DNA of 64,000 nucleotides from Thecamonas trahens ATCC 50062 (taxonomy: Eukaryota; Protista; Apusomonadida): NCBI RefSeq assembly GCF_000142905.1, contig NW_013657655.1:62001-126000 (forward strand), written 5' to 3'. Under the pieces are notes generated by a model. That model was given only the letters and a program-made list of their open reading frames with translations, made no database searches and was not told where the DNA came from. The position numbers and the translations under genes were made by a program. Positions 61,644 through 64,000 of the stretch are shown piece after piece (position 1 is the stretch's first letter; the number at the start of each line of letters is the position of its first letter).

Positions 61644-63706
61644 TCAAGAGCGGCGAGTCCGTGTCCGACGCTTGCGCGACGGCTGGCGTTTGGCGGGCGG
61701 CTTTGCGCGTGTCGCTGTGACTGTGGCAAGCGGGGCGGGCGCGGCGGTGGGCTTGGCACCGCCTGTCGACGGCGGCGCCGTTGGCTTGCCAAACAAGCCG
61801 CCAGCGCCTCCCTGTGCGGCGAGCATGGCCTGCAGCTGCGCAATGCGCGAAGTCGGGTTGGGAGCGGCGGCCTTGACGGAAGCAGACGTCGGTGCGACGG
61901 CGCCCGTGAGCGAGACTCGGTTGGCCGGTACATAGCCGTACGCCTCACCGATCTGCGCTACCAGCCATCCGTTTTCGTCGTCCTGGTAAATCCGCAGCTT
62001 GTCACCCTTTTTGAACGACAGTTGTGTCTCGGCACCGGCTTGGTAGTCGAAAAGCGCGACAGCGACTTGGATGCCACTCGGTTCGGAGCTGGGCACGTCG
62101 TCGTCGTCGGACGAGAGCGCAAAGGCAGCCTGAGCAGCGGGGGAGGAGGCGCGTCATCGTCGTCGGACGAGAGCACAAATGCGGCCTGAGCAGCGGGAGT
62201 TGGAGGCACGTCGTCGCCATCGGATGAGAGAGCAAAGTCGGGCGCCTGCTGCACGGGCGAACCATTGTCGTCGTCCGTGATGGCAAAGGCGTCCATGATT
62301 GCAGCAGGGGTGTCCTCGGAGAGCTCAAAGCCAGCGACCGAGGCCGAAGTAGCAACGAGAGGCAGGCTGGCGAGGTCGGGGTCGGCAGCTTGGGGCAGCA
62401 CGTCGTCGTTGTCGTCGTCGGAGAGCTCAAAGGCTGTGGCCGGGTCGGCAGCGTGGTCGGACGAGAGGGCAAAGTTGTGGTGAACGTCGTCAGCGTGGTC
62501 GGCAAGCTCACCAGAGAGCACACCAACATGTATGTCGTCATCATCGTCGAGGACGAGCAAGCCGAGGTCATCAAGGTCGTCTGCTCCGACGTCCTCGACA
62601 ACAATGCCCAGATCGTCGAGGTCGGGCTCGTAGCCGGCGACGGGCGAGACCGACGAGTTGTCGAGGTCGAGCAGGTCAGCAGCCGGCGGGTGGAGCGGGA
62701 GCTCGTCGAGCGCCAAGTCCTCGGTCTCGATCTCGGAAGCGCCGTCGATGTCAATGCCCGAGAGCTCGAGCTCGTCGATGATCGGGTCGTCAAGGTCTGA
62801 GGCGACCAGAGCATCGAGGTCCTCGGGCTCGTTGGCGGAAGGAGCGTTGGTCGGCGACGCGATGGCGACGGCGGAAATTTCCAGCGGATGGACCGGCTCA
62901 TAGCGGTGGGTGGGCGACGGGTGGAAGAGAGTGTCCGGCAGCGGGTCGTCATCCTGTGATTCCTCTTGGTAGGCAAGGGCCATGTCAAAGACATGGACGA
63001 GCGCCGGGCGCGCGCCGGGCTTGGACGCGTTGAGGTCGACGGTCGAGATGTGCTTGTCGGGTAGGCCGGAGCGGACAAAGGCAAGCGAGTGTTGCGAGAC
63101 GCCTGGAAGGCCATCGGCGGCAGCGGTCAGGTTCTCCTTGGTCGTTCCGCCCATGTGCGACTTATCGATGCCGCGAAGGTAGCGGACGGTGTCGGCGAGG
63201 ACGGTGGGCGGGAAGAGGATGTCCTCTGGATGGATCTTTGCCAGCGGCGTGTGAAAGCCGCGGCGGACAGCAAGGGCGGCAAGGACATGCATGGTATTGA
63301 CGACACGGTACATGTTGGCCTTACGATACAAATCCGAGACGGCAAAGCAGCGACGCTTGGGAATGGCGAGCCGTCTGCAGAAGCGAAGAAAGGCGCGGAT
63401 GTTGCCCTTGCGCTCAGTGGCGTTGGAAGGCACATTGACGACTTCTTCATCCTTGACCAGATCAGCTTGTATAGCCTTTGCGAGGGCAATGAGCGTCACG
63501 CCATCCCTCAGCACGGTAGCCAGATCAGCCGATGCCAGCTTTGCGTTCAACGCCGCTTGAATCCACATGTACACCTCATGCTGCCGAGTGAGAAAGACCT
63601 TTGCCTCGACTTCCTTCTCCGTCCACTTGTTCGGCAGTGTCACCTTGACTGGCGAGCTGACGTAGTCTGATGGCGAGGTGACTCTCGTCCGCACAGGCGT
63701 CGCCAT
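61644..63706 (-). CDS. IQGAP-type calponin-homology domain, acidic repeat linker and SH3 domain protein; -1 frameshift near 62141
   Basis: CH: EVYMWI, LRDGVTL, NIRAFL, FAVSDLY..NM.RVV.TMH.L. SH3: AVALFDY, LSFKKGD, GWL, GYVPAN. The linker repeat (PAAQAAF.LSSDDDD) continues across the frame switch. Confidence 0.8.
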
Positions 63707-64000
63707 GATGGCTGTCGTCTCTCCCTCGGACCCTCGCCAGCTATCAACAAGCAGAGAGCGGGTGAGTGCACCAGCAAGACACACACAGCCACACACAGCC
63801 ACAGTACAGTACAGTTGTACTGGAGTATGTGAGTGAAGTGTGCTGGGAGAGTCTGTGTGGAGGGTTAGGGGTAAGGGGGGGGGGGGGGGGGGGGCCTTTG
63901 GGCGGGCCCCCCCCCCCCCCCCCCCCCCCCTCCCCTCGCCCTCCTCCAAACCGCGCGCAATGGCCTGAGGACCGATGGCGGGTCATGGATCATTGATGGC

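Noticed and set aside
1-64000. CRISPR arrays, transposases, rRNA
   Set aside because: None seen; repeats are simple microsatellites or coding tandem repeats without unique spacers or terminal repeats.

Overview
GC-rich, gene-dense, intron-poor eukaryotic nuclear DNA with assembly gaps next to poly-G/C tracts. Gene content (TSET TPLATE, RegA-like REC-PDE, talin/vinculin-like bundles, HIT4, PH-less Exo84) and style fit a free-living protist, most likely the apusomonad Thecamonas trahens (inference, not verified). About 30 protein genes are supportable: mitochondrial carrier, F-box/ankyrin protein, front-end desaturase, TPLATE, Exo84, Cabin1/Hir3, PPIE-type RRM, two secreted Cys-rich paralogues, AMACR, ProRS, PPR protein, Med8, RegA-like PDE, Top1, CapZ-beta, At4g15545-like, Top2, METTL21-like, HIT4-like, CDC5L, DUF547 and a CH-SH3 protein. 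There is also a tRNA-Ser(AGA) with an 80-nt structured intron that the ORF track does not show. Main oddities: six same-direction (-1) frameshifts in conserved genes, an in-frame UGA plus 4 codons separating a coiled-coil ORF from AMACR, very tight co-oriented and convergent gene spacing, a Top2 start codon split by an intron, a CAAX-terminated talin-like protein, and an inverted pair of secreted DUF4773-like proteins. All family assignments come from recognised motifs; no database search was run.
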